Shown here piece after piece: positions 19,665 through 28,998 of a stretch of DNA of 64,000 nt. This stretch comes from a bacterium. Lineage in GTDB: Bacteria > Zhuqueibacterota > Zhuqueibacteria > Residuimicrobiales > Krinioviventaceae. How positions within the stretch are numbered: position 1 is the stretch's first letter; every line of letters begins with the position of its first letter. The notes beneath the pieces were generated by a model. That model was given only the letters and a program-made list of their open reading frames with translations, was not told where the DNA came from and did no database searches. The DNA lies in NCBI GenBank assembly GCA_963674595.2, contig CAXXFV010000023.1:768001-832000 (forward strand). The letters run 5' to 3'. The position numbers were made by a program, and so were the translations under genes.

Positions 19665-19739
19665 AATTATTTCTTCCCTGGCGTCCCTGATCCCTTGTCA
19701 AACCATGCGAGAGCAACCTCCACCCCCTGGAATGAAGTG

Positions 19740-20459
19740 CTACCTTATTGTCAGCATTTCAGGCGGGAGATGCCCGGTACAGTTAAAGCTATGTAATACC
19801 GGCCCCCGTTCCTTTAAAACAAATTCTGTTACCGAGCAGTTCTTAAGTCTGAACGTAATTTCCATGGTCTGGAGATCATCAAGTTTAAGGAGTGTTCCTG
19901 TAATAAGGGATACAGGGGTTGCCGAAGTAAAAACCACAATATTACCTTTACTCCCCGCTCCGTCCAGGATCCTTTCCAGGGCTTTTATCACCCGGTTCCG
20001 GAGATGGGGAAGGCTTTCAATGCAGGAAGTACTGACCTTCCCGGAAACCCAGAACAGCATGGCCTGTTCAAAATATTCCTGGAATATAATGGCTTTTTCC
20101 CCGGGATCACCAGACGCGCGGTAGGATGTTATAAGCCTTTCCAGGTCAGGGTATTCGGTTCGAAAATCATTGAAATAGGCCATGATCCGGTCAGCGTCAA
20201 TCTCTGCCAGATCTTCCAGGATCACGGGATCCGGAAACGGGAGTCCGCTCTTACGAAAACTTTCCCCAACAATTTCAGCTGTCCCCTTCTGCCTTTTTAA
20301 AGGTCCGGAAAAAACCAGCCCAACTTCCAGCCCGCTCTCTTTCCACCATTCAGCAAGCAATTCCGCCTGCCTTTTTCCAAGATCCGAAAGCCTGTCGTAA
20401 TCATCAGTAAAAGCCGAAGCCTGCCCATGTCTCACCAAAATCAATCTGCTCATCGCCAT
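19740..20459 (-). CDS. Histidine phosphatase (phosphoglycerate mutase) family protein
   Basis: LVRHGQAS, YDRLSDLG, GPLKRQ. Confidence 0.88.
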   Translation of the reverse strand: MAMSRLILVRHGQASAFTDDYDRLSDLGKRQAELLAEWWKESGLEVGLVFSGPLKRQKGTAEIVGESFRKSGLPFPDPVILEDLAEIDADRIMAYFNDFRTEYPDLERLITSYRASGDPGEKAIIFQEYFEQAMLFWVSGKVSTSCIESLPHLRNRVIKALERILDGAGSKGNIVVFTSATPVSLITGTLLKLDDLQTMEITFRLKNCSVTEFVLKERGPVLHSFNCTGHLPPEMLTIR

Positions 20460-20684
20460 TTTCTTTCTTTATTGAATCAACTCTCCACTTAATTCCTATA
20501 GCGAAAGAGTATACAGCGAAGCAGTTCTCCAGTGAACCCGGATATTTTGAATATGCATTTAACAAAAAAAGGCTTGCGCCTGCCGGGCAGTCTGGTTTAA
20601 TAATAAGCTCCTGAAGATTTTTTTCTTCTTCATCAAAAAAATAAAAAATGACCAGCTGATTGCTGGACAATTGGAGGCTTAATA

Positions 20685-21917
20685 ATGAAATTAGGGATTA
20701 TCGGTGCAGGATTCATTGCAAAGTTTCAAACCGTTGCCATTTCCCAGGTAAGAGGGTGGCAGATAGCCGGGATCTGCAGTCCGGAAGGGGCTGAAGAACT
20801 GGCTGCATTTGTAGAAACAAAGGGACTCGGGCCTGCATCCATCTACCCTTCTATCAGCGAAATGGCAAAAAATGTGGATGTCCTGGCCATTTTCTCCCCG
20901 AATTTCACCAGGATAGCTGTCATGGAAGAGATTAGAGACGCAGTGAAGGAAGGGTGCCAGCTCCAGGGAATCATCTGTGAAAAACCTTTAGGCAGGAATT
21001 ATGCCGAAGCAAAACGAATGGTCGAACTCCTGGAAGAGACCGGGGTTCCTGGAGCCTACTTTGAAAACCAGCTATTCATGAAACCCCTTGTTATCCAACT
21101 GGATCAGCTGGCCGGAGTCAGGAAAGCCATGGGCCCCTTATCACTGGTTCGTTCCGCTGAAGAACATGGAGGGCCTCATGGTTCCTGGTTCTGGAATCCG
21201 ATTCTGCAGGGTGGAGGAGTTTTAAACGACATGGGATGCCACAGCATCGCGGTGGGATGGTATGCACTCACCCCTACCGACAGGGAACTTACGTTCCTCA
21301 AACCTGAAAAAGTGTCGGCTGACATCGGGCTGCTTAAGTGGGGACGGCCTGAGTGGCGCAAAAAACTGCTGGACAGGTATGGTGTCGATTTTTTAAAAAC
21401 ACCGGCTGAAGACTTTGCCACAGGTATGATCACCTATCGAAACCCGGAGACCAACCAGCTTTCGAAAGCACAATTTACCAACTCCTGGATGTTTGAAAAA
21501 CAGGGGCTCAGGATTCTAATGGATGGAACCGGTCCGGGATACGCCTTTGAAATCAACACCCTGGTCTCCCCTCTGACCGTGTTTATCGGGGACGATGCCG
21601 CGGAAGCTATCGCGGACCAGGAAATGGCCCTGGAAAAAGCCACTTCCAGCCGCGGGCTGCTGGCGGTTCAACCCAATGAAGCTGACCTGTATGGATATAC
21701 TGATGAATTTGTCGATGCCCTGGCTTCTTTTGCCAAGGGGCAACCCGGAAAACTTCCATGGAGTTACGGCCTGGAGGTAATCCGCCTGGTAATGGCCTCA
21801 TATATGGCGGCTGAAAGGGGAAAAACGGTGGACCTTACAGACCCTGAAACCTGCCGGGAGCTGGAGAGCTATGTTCCCGCCATTGCCAGGGGACTGGGTG
21901 CTGATATTTTGTATTAA
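20685..21917 (+). CDS. Gfo/Idh/MocA family oxidoreductase
   Basis: GIIGAGFIA, CEKPL, GGGVLNDMGCH. Confidence 0.9.
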   Translation: MKLGIIGAGFIAKFQTVAISQVRGWQIAGICSPEGAEELAAFVETKGLGPASIYPSISEMAKNVDVLAIFSPNFTRIAVMEEIRDAVKEGCQLQGIICEKPLGRNYAEAKRMVELLEETGVPGAYFENQLFMKPLVIQLDQLAGVRKAMGPLSLVRSAEEHGGPHGSWFWNPILQGGGVLNDMGCHSIAVGWYALTPTDRELTFLKPEKVSADIGLLKWGRPEWRKKLLDRYGVDFLKTPAEDFATGMITYRNPETNQLSKAQFTNSWMFEKQGLRILMDGTGPGYAFEINTLVSPLTVFIGDDAAEAIADQEMALEKATSSRGLLAVQPNEADLYGYTDEFVDALASFAKGQPGKLPWSYGLEVIRLVMASYMAAERGKTVDLTDPETCRELESYVPAIARGLGADILY

Positions 21918-22006
21918 CAGAAAATTTAAGGATTATTAAAATATTGATCATGGTTTCCGGGTTTTCCAGAAGAACGGACACCTTAAAACAAAAAAGGGGA
22001 ACATTT

Positions 22007-23347
22007 ATGCCTAAAAATATTGGCAGAAGACAGTTTATTCAGACCAGTGCCATGGCCGCGGCCGCTTCCGCTGCTGTGTCACCTGTTCTGGCACAGGAGC
22101 AGAAAAAAGCTCCGTCAGACCAGGTAGTTATGGGGTTCATCGGGACCGGCAGGATGGGGAATGGAAGCCTGAGGACTTTCTGTGATCATCCAGGTTTCAG
22201 AGTTGCCGCTGTATGCGATGTCTACCAGACCAACCTGGACAAGGCGCTTGGTGAACTTGACTCCAGGTCAATCAAGGCCGATTCCTACAAGGATTTCCGC
22301 AAGATCCTGGAACGTAAAGATATTGACGCTGTGAACATTTCTTCCCCAGACCACTGGCACCCCCTGATGGCAGTTATGGCCTGCCAGGCCGGCAAGGATG
22401 TTTACGTGGAGAAACCAATTTCCTTAACAGTCGCTGAAGGCCGGAAAATGGTTGAGGCAGCCAGGAAATATAAAAGAGTTGTTCAGGCTGGAACCCAGCA
22501 GCGTTCAGGAACGCATTTCCAGAAGGCAGTTAAGCTGGTTCGCGATGGGGAACTGGGCGCTATTACGGCAGTAAAAACCTGGAACCTTGGCAACGGCTTT
22601 CCTGAAGGCTGGGGCAATCCTCCGGATTCAGACCCTCCTGCCGATCTTGACTGGGATTTCTGGCTGGGACCGGCACCCAAAGTACCCTTCAATAAAAACC
22701 GGTTCGGAGTTGCCCCCGACAGGTGGTCCACATTCCGGTATTTCTGGGATTACGCCGGCGGAATGATGACCGACTGGGGCGTTCACCTTATTGATATTGT
22801 GCAGTGGGCTATGCAGGTCAAGGCACCGGACACCGTCTACGCCACCGGGGGCAAATACCAGATAAAAGACAACCGGGACACACCAGACACCCTGATGGTT
22901 TCCTACCAGTACCCCGGATGGATTCTTACCTATGAAAACCGCGATTGTAACGCTAATCCCATCAATGGTCACGGTTACGGAATCGAATTCTACGGAACCA
23001 ACGGCACCATGTTCCTGGACCGTTCCGGTTACGAAATTATTCCGGAAACAGACCGGGACGGAGACAGGTCTATTCCGAGGATGTATTCAATGCAGGGCGT
23101 CAATGTGAATAATTCCAGTTATGATCACGCTGATAATTTCTATAACTGCATAAAGTCCAGGAAAAAACCTATTTCTGACATCGAGGAAGGCCACACTTCC
23201 ACGGCAGCCTGCCTGCTGGCCAATGTTTCCTACCGTACCGGGACCAAGCTGGTGTACGACGGCGCAACCGAAACCATTAAAAATAATCCGGAAGCCTCAA
23301 AACTCCTGGATAAGGAATACCGGGCTCCCTGGAAACTGGAAGTCTAG
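22007..23347 (+). CDS. Tat-exported Gfo/Idh/MocA family oxidoreductase
   Basis: GRRQFI Tat motif; PDHWH, VYVEKP, DWGVHLID; start placed at MPKN. Confidence 0.92.
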   Translation: MPKNIGRRQFIQTSAMAAAASAAVSPVLAQEQKKAPSDQVVMGFIGTGRMGNGSLRTFCDHPGFRVAAVCDVYQTNLDKALGELDSRSIKADSYKDFRKILERKDIDAVNISSPDHWHPLMAVMACQAGKDVYVEKPISLTVAEGRKMVEAARKYKRVVQAGTQQRSGTHFQKAVKLVRDGELGAITAVKTWNLGNGFPEGWGNPPDSDPPADLDWDFWLGPAPKVPFNKNRFGVAPDRWSTFRYFWDYAGGMMTDWGVHLIDIVQWAMQVKAPDTVYATGGKYQIKDNRDTPDTLMVSYQYPGWILTYENRDCNANPINGHGYGIEFYGTNGTMFLDRSGYEIIPETDRDGDRSIPRMYSMQGVNVNNSSYDHADNFYNCIKSRKKPISDIEEGHTSTAACLLANVSYRTGTKLVYDGATETIKNNPEASKLLDKEYRAPWKLEV

Positions 23348-23350
23348 CAA

Positions 23351-23373
23351 TTGACGATTGACGATTGACGATT
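23351..23373 (+). repeat. Heptamer array (TTGACGA)3 starting 3 nt after a stop codon
   Basis: ttgacga ttgacga ttgacga tt. Confidence 0.9.
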
Positions 23374-23394
23374 TGGGATAAAGTCCTAAGTTCG

Positions 23395-23424
23395 AAAAAA
23401 AGCGGGCCTCCAGGCCCGCTTTTT
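23395..23424. terminator. Bidirectional Rho-independent terminator
   Basis: aaaaaaagcgggcct-cc-aggcccgcttttt perfect hairpin with A and T tails between convergent genes. Confidence 0.85.
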
Positions 23425-23579
23425 AATTCAAGATCAAGATTTAAAATTCAAAATTTGAAATTCAAGGTGGCAGGCCCCCAAGCCATAGTCCATACCGTCC
23501 ACAAGGTCCATATCGTCCACAAAATCCCAACTTTGAACCTTGAACACCGCCCAGTGGGGCGCCAACCTTGAATCTTGAA
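23425..23579. repeat. Inverted TTCAAGA/TCTTGAA arrays enclosing a 9-mer array (GTCCAYNNN)4
   Basis: ttcaaga tcaaga tttaaaa ttcaaaa ... gtccatacc gtccacaag gtccatatc gtccacaaa ... ccttgaa tcttgaa. Confidence 0.75.
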
Positions 23580-23604
23580 GTGATTTCGGGCTGCAAGCCC
23601 GAAA

Positions 23605-24951
23605 TCACTTCCCCATCAGTTCCAGCACCGCGGCGGACACCAGGCGAACCCCGGTACGGAGTGTCGGCTCCGGATCAGGAGCCAGCATCGGCGAATGCAG
23701 GGGCGGCGGAATCTGCCCTGCCCTGGCCATTTCCGCAGCCCTGTCACTATTGAGGGATCCGAGCCAGAACAGGAATGAAGGAACCTGGTTATCTTCCAGC
23801 CTGTACCTGGAAAAATCCTCCCCCGGCATGACCGGGTCCAGAACAACTACCTTATCAACCCCAATTTCACGGCGAAAAACGTCACTGATTCGTCCTGATA
23901 ATGCGGGATCATTGTAAACCGCGGGGGTATAGACCTCATTCTCCGGCATGGAAACCACCGGAAGCAGCTCCTCCGGCAGCCCATAGGACAGCGCCGCATA
24001 ACGGCAGATAGTCTTGATCGAATCCAGTACCTGTTCACGTACTTCAGATTTGTAGGTCCTGACCGTCAGCTGGAGATTGACATGGTCCGGAATAATGTTG
24101 TGCTTGGTCCCTCCATGGATTGATCCGACTGTAACCACGACCGGGTCGAGGGGAGAAACAATCCGGCTGGAGATAGTCTGCAGTTCCAAAATTATCTGTG
24201 ATGCCAGGACAATGGGATCCTTGGTTTTTTGAGGAAGAGCTCCGTGACCGCCGATACCCCGGACCAGGATATCAACGGAATCCACGTTTGCCATCGCGTA
24301 TTCCGGGGTGAATCCAACGCTTCCGGCAGGAAGGGAATCATGCACGTGAAGGGCCAGGGCATAATCAGGCCTGGGAAACTTCTCGTAAAGGCCTCCCTTC
24401 AGCATGGCCAACGCCCCGCTGCCCATCTCTTCGGCAGGCTGGCCGATCATCATCAGGGTTCCGCTCCAAAGATCCCGGTTCTCGGCCAGGGTTTGGCCGA
24501 CTGCCATAAAATTCGTCATGTGGATATCGTGTCCGCAGGCATGCATGACACCGGTTTCTGACCCGCTGTCATCAGCAAAAATTACCGTACTGGCATAGGA
24601 TAGTCCTGTTTGTTCAGTGACAGGTAGCGCATCCATGTCAGTCCTGACCAAAACCACCGGACCTTCTCCATTTTTCAGGATCGCCACAACTCCATAGGCA
24701 GTTAATCCCTCGACCCCATAGTCCCCAAACCTTTCGGTTACTGCAAAGCCGGCATCTCTCATTTGCTGAGCCAGGAAAGACGAGGAGTCCTTTTCATGAT
24801 AGGAGAGCTCCGGATTGGCATGCAGGTGCTGGTATATTTCAAGCCAGTTTTCCATATGCCTGTTTATCGTATTCATTATCGTCACATTATCCTCCGCTGA
24901 AACAGGAATCATGAATAACACCAATATAACAACCATTATTTTATATTTCAT
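23605..24951 (-). CDS. M20D family amidohydrolase, exported
   Basis: RTDMDALP, MHACGHD, QPAEE, GGHG, EDF; signal peptide. Confidence 0.93.
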   Translation of the reverse strand: MKYKIMVVILVLFMIPVSAEDNVTIMNTINRHMENWLEIYQHLHANPELSYHEKDSSSFLAQQMRDAGFAVTERFGDYGVEGLTAYGVVAILKNGEGPVVLVRTDMDALPVTEQTGLSYASTVIFADDSGSETGVMHACGHDIHMTNFMAVGQTLAENRDLWSGTLMMIGQPAEEMGSGALAMLKGGLYEKFPRPDYALALHVHDSLPAGSVGFTPEYAMANVDSVDILVRGIGGHGALPQKTKDPIVLASQIILELQTISSRIVSPLDPVVVTVGSIHGGTKHNIIPDHVNLQLTVRTYKSEVREQVLDSIKTICRYAALSYGLPEELLPVVSMPENEVYTPAVYNDPALSGRISDVFRREIGVDKVVVLDPVMPGEDFSRYRLEDNQVPSFLFWLGSLNSDRAAEMARAGQIPPPLHSPMLAPDPEPTLRTGVRLVSAAVLELMGK

Positions 24952-25046
24952 GTCGCCTCTTTAGAAAAAACATAAGTAATAGTCCGGCCATTTCACCTCC
25001 AGGGAAAAAGACAGGTACAAATTCAGTCGAATAATTTTGCTCCGGT

Positions 25047-26165
25047 TCAGACAATGAATTCAGCCACTGAAACCGGACAGCTGCCATTAGCCGCGGAAGC
25101 TTCAGCCGCCCAGATTACAGCTTCAGAGTGTCTCACCAGGCTTGATTCCAGTCCCAGGAGCGGGTCCTTTTCTCCCTTCAGCACATGCCCTATGAAGGCC
25201 CTGACTGTCCTGCCGCATTGATGTTCCCAAACATCCCCGCTGTCGAGATGATGCAGGGCAAAATCAGGATCCGGAGAATACAACCTTCCCCTCGGCACAG
25301 ATGACCAGCAGACCCTGCTTTCCAGGGGATTAAAGGGGCTGTAGTCAAACTGCCCTCCAGTCCCGATAACGGTGTGCCTGGCGTCATATTTTTCAGCAAA
25401 ATCAATATTACCCTGCACTACCGCGGTAACATTATTTTCAAAAATAATAATTATGTCCATCTGGGTATCATAATCAAATGCCCGGATACGGGGAGGACTG
25501 CTTTTGCATATTACCTTTTCCGGAACCGTTCCCACCTGGAACACGGCAGTGGAAACAGCATGGCATATTCCCATGGGAACAGCGCCGCCGCTGAGGGAAC
25601 GGGACAGTTTCCATACCTGTTCAGCAGACTGGGAAACCTGGATAGGATGGCGGTAGGTGAAATGCACAGAAGCAAGTTCCCCGAAAGCTCCTTCCTCAAT
25701 AAGTGACCGGAGATTCTCCTGCTCGTCATAATGGACCAGTATGTAGTCCAGTTTCGTGGTAAGGCCGCAGTTTTTTACGGTTTCACAGAGCCGGCGGGAA
25801 TCCTCCCGGGTAGTGGCAAAAGGTTTTTCAAGGAACAGGTGTTTCCCGGCTTCCAGGGCCCTGACCGCGAATTCAGCGTGCAGGTGGTTGGGGACGGCTA
25901 AAATAACCGCGTCGACGTCTCCATTCCTGAGCAAATCTTCATAAGAATCAAAGCAAACCGCGCTGCCCAGGCCGAGTTCCTCGCGGCGGCTATCCATAAC
26001 CTTGCGGTTCAGGTCACAGAGCGCGCTGACCTGTGAAACTTTACTTTTCCGTCCCCTGCCGGTTTCCCGATCAAATCCCCCATCATCATATTCAACGCCA
26101 GCGGCGAGGGCTCCCGCCATCCAGCCTGAGGCCCCTACAATTCCAACCTTAACTTTTTCTGTCAT
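25047..26165 (-). CDS. Gfo/Idh/MocA family oxidoreductase
   Basis: VGIVGASG, PNHLH, LEKPF. Confidence 0.88.
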   Translation of the reverse strand: MTEKVKVGIVGASGWMAGALAAGVEYDDGGFDRETGRGRKSKVSQVSALCDLNRKVMDSRREELGLGSAVCFDSYEDLLRNGDVDAVILAVPNHLHAEFAVRALEAGKHLFLEKPFATTREDSRRLCETVKNCGLTTKLDYILVHYDEQENLRSLIEEGAFGELASVHFTYRHPIQVSQSAEQVWKLSRSLSGGAVPMGICHAVSTAVFQVGTVPEKVICKSSPPRIRAFDYDTQMDIIIIFENNVTAVVQGNIDFAEKYDARHTVIGTGGQFDYSPFNPLESRVCWSSVPRGRLYSPDPDFALHHLDSGDVWEHQCGRTVRAFIGHVLKGEKDPLLGLESSLVRHSEAVIWAAEASAANGSCPVSVAEFIV

Positions 26166-26436
26166 TCATTCACCTGGACAATCATTAGATTCAGTTATTT
26201 CTGATGATATATACTGGTCAGACTTTATCAGCTATTATTCTACCTTCTAACACCCTCCTTACCAAGCCGAAATTCTATCCCTTTCCCCGTCTTGCTGTTG
26301 TATCAGAAAATGCCTCGTTCCGCTGTCAACCTTAAAAGGGGCAGCATCAGGATGGCCGGCGATAACTGGTTCCTGGATTCAAAGTAACCGCGCCACCCAA
26401 CATTGTCCGGTTGATTTAGTTACAATTAAAAGAATT

Positions 26437-27930
26437 ATGAAAAATAAGACTTTTCGGGAATTAAAAAAAACAGCCGCTATTGTCTGTTTTTTATTACTCC
26501 TGCCGGCATGCTCTGAACCTGTGGAACAGGCTGAAAAACAACTGGTTCCTGAACATCCCAATATACTGCTGATAATCTCGGATGACCAGGGATACGCTGA
26601 TATCGGAGTTGCGGGACAGGCTTCTGATGTTCACACTCCCAATATTGACCGAATCGCGGAAGCCGGAATCCGCTTCACCCAGGGATACGCGACATCCCCC
26701 ATCTGCAACGCTTCCCGGGCAGGCCTGATGACTGGAGTTTACCAGCAGCGATTCGGCACCTACTGGTATGGGGGAAAAGGGATTCACGATGGACATTTCC
26801 CCACAATAGCCGAAGTGCTGAATGGAGCCGGGTACTCCACTGGTTATGTAGGCAAATTCCATTACGGCGATCCTTTGCTGCAGGGTCCTGAAAACCGGAA
26901 TTTCCCGTTAAATCATGGTTTCGATTTCTTCTTCGGAAATGGTACTCCCCGCAAGCATTACCTCGTCCATAACAGCCAGGCTGAAGAGGACTTCCAGAAG
27001 GTAAAGCAAAGGTTCCATAAAACAGGGCAAAGCCTGCAGCAGGGTCCTATGTGGGTAAACGATAAACAGGCGGATGTAGACGGTTTCAGCACAGAAATCT
27101 ACGCGGCACAGGCCAGTCAGTTCATCATGAGCCATTTAAAAGAACCTTTTTTCCTGACCCTCTCCTTTAATGCTGTTCATAATTTTACTCATCAGCTTCC
27201 GCGTGAATATATGGAGGCGAACGGGCTGAAAGGCTACCATGACTGGGATCCGGCAAAGGAGGATTACTATGAATGGTATCAGCAGGGAAGATTTCCTAAT
27301 AATCCGGAAGGGAGAGCCCACTACCTGGGACAGCTCTACTACCTGGACCGGGAAATCGGAAAAGTACTGGACCTGCTGAAACAGCAGGGACTCTATGAAA
27401 ACACCATTATTGTCTACATCAGCGACAATGGCGGCTCTACACCCATATATGCCGACAATTCTCCACTGAGAGGAAGTAAATATACCCTTTATGAAGGAGG
27501 CATCCGGGTCCCCTTCCTTATATCCTGGCCGGGGCGCCTTCCGGAAAATCTCACCAATGACAGGGTAGTAAGCGCTTTGGATATTTTTCCCACCTTGTGC
27601 AGCCTGGCCGGAACAGAGATCCCGTCGAACCTGGATGGCCTTGACCTGTCAGATATGCTTTCAGGTGCAGACCCTGGGCTTGAGCATTCTCTCCTGGTCT
27701 GGGACACCGGGCATGAAACAGCGGTCAGGCAGGGGGATTGGAAACTAAAAACAGCAACGGATAACAGCAGCGCCAAGTACGAAATGGTGGAGGTTGAACT
27801 GGGCGAATTCCTGTATAACCTGGCCGACGATCCCGGAGAAAAAGTCGACCTCGCCGGAAAACATCCTGAAGTTTTAAATCAGCTGAAACAGGTTTACCTG
27901 GAATGGAAGCAACGGACAGAAAACAAATAA
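26437..27930 (+). CDS. Sulfatase (lipoprotein, Cys-type)
   Basis: Lipobox LLPAC; SDDQGYAD; CNASRAGLMTG; GKFH; SDNGG; YEGGIRVP. Confidence 0.92.
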   Translation: MKNKTFRELKKTAAIVCFLLLLPACSEPVEQAEKQLVPEHPNILLIISDDQGYADIGVAGQASDVHTPNIDRIAEAGIRFTQGYATSPICNASRAGLMTGVYQQRFGTYWYGGKGIHDGHFPTIAEVLNGAGYSTGYVGKFHYGDPLLQGPENRNFPLNHGFDFFFGNGTPRKHYLVHNSQAEEDFQKVKQRFHKTGQSLQQGPMWVNDKQADVDGFSTEIYAAQASQFIMSHLKEPFFLTLSFNAVHNFTHQLPREYMEANGLKGYHDWDPAKEDYYEWYQQGRFPNNPEGRAHYLGQLYYLDREIGKVLDLLKQQGLYENTIIVYISDNGGSTPIYADNSPLRGSKYTLYEGGIRVPFLISWPGRLPENLTNDRVVSALDIFPTLCSLAGTEIPSNLDGLDLSDMLSGADPGLEHSLLVWDTGHETAVRQGDWKLKTATDNSSAKYEMVEVELGEFLYNLADDPGEKVDLAGKHPEVLNQLKQVYLEWKQRTENK

Positions 27931-27947
27931 CCGGGACATTTTCCCGG

Positions 27948-28109
27948 GAGTTTAGTTCCAGCCCGCGTTCCTCACCGGTTTACGTATCAAGTAGGTGGGG
28001 ACGCCCCTTTGCTCTTCGAGCTGTGGAGGACAGGGCCGGCCCGACAGGGTTCATTAAAACCAAGGCCGCAGCTGCAGTCAGACGATGAGAGATGCGGGCT
28101 GGAGCACTC
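27948..28109. ncRNA. Unidentified structured intergenic element (candidate ncRNA or mobile-element remnant)
   Basis: About 23-bp imperfect closing stem gttccagcccgcgttcctcaccg / cgatgagagatgcgggctggagc; internal hairpin gctc-ttc-gagc; no credible ORF. Confidence 0.4.
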
Positions 28110-28284
28110 AGCTTTATCAGACTTCCTGTGATACTATTAAAAAGAAAATCCATCAAAAATATTAACACTCTTTATAAAGTGCCTGTTAATGTATAATTAA
28201 CGGAAAATTATACAAATATATATACGCATTGAAGGGGAAAGCTCGACCTTGGGCTCCCCTTTTGTTTCCGGTTGAAGTTACCTG

Positions 28285-28998
28285 ATGAATAAAAATAGAA
28301 AATTAACAATTTTTTTTCTGTTTCAGACCTGTTTTTTTCTTACCCTGATACTCTGCATGTCAGAAAGTATTGAAACACCGTTTAAGGACTGGTCAAAAGA
28401 GTACTCCTTAAGCATCCTGAACGAATCCTCCTGGTCGCAGCATAAAACCTATATCCGCCAGTTAAGGGGAATGGGCAGCGGCATCCAGGGCGAAAAGGAA
28501 ATTTACAACACCTATTTTGTCCGCTTTCTTTCCGCCCAGCCGATCCGGAAAGCTTTCGCAAGGATTAAGGAACTCCACATAGATTATGACGAGATGAGTG
28601 AAGGCGAAAAAGTGGATTTTGACAACGAGAACCAGAAATCCGCGGACCTCGAACTGAAAGACTGGATTGTTGTTTCAGTGGCATTCCGGTCAAATGTGCC
28701 CAGGGAAGAATCCGCAGTGGACCAGTTCCTGATGAGCCAGACAACGGAAACCGTAAAAAACCGGGTTTACTTGTCGACCAAAAAATTCCCGCGGCTGGAA
28801 ATCACCGAATATATAGCACCATCCGAAAAAATTGTCGGTGCCAAATTTATTTTCCCCAGGACCAAGGACGGTCAGGAAATCGTAACTGCTGAAGATGATA
28901 AAATCACCTTCGAATTCAACGCGCCTGGATCGGACCCTCTTCTCCGCGCAACCTTTGATGTTAAAAAAATGATCCAGGGAGGGGAACTGGTAATATGA
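28285..28998 (+). CDS. Hypothetical exported protein, translationally coupled to the TonB receptor
   Basis: 237-aa ORF with N-terminal hydrophobic segment; ATGA overlap with the next gene. Confidence 0.75.
   Translation: MNKNRKLTIFFLFQTCFFLTLILCMSESIETPFKDWSKEYSLSILNESSWSQHKTYIRQLRGMGSGIQGEKEIYNTYFVRFLSAQPIRKAFARIKELHIDYDEMSEGEKVDFDNENQKSADLELKDWIVVSVAFRSNVPREESAVDQFLMSQTTETVKNRVYLSTKKFPRLEITEYIAPSEKIVGAKFIFPRTKDGQEIVTAEDDKITFEFNAPGSDPLLRATFDVKKMIQGGELVI

Noticed and set aside
26320-26420. Possible riboswitch upstream of the second sulfatase
   Set aside because: A GC-richer patch, but I could not match it to any riboswitch consensus I know.
27948-28109. SRP RNA (minus strand has TGAACCCTGTCGGGCCGG)
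   Set aside because: The conserved GGAA tetraloop and following AGCAG of SRP domain IV are absent.
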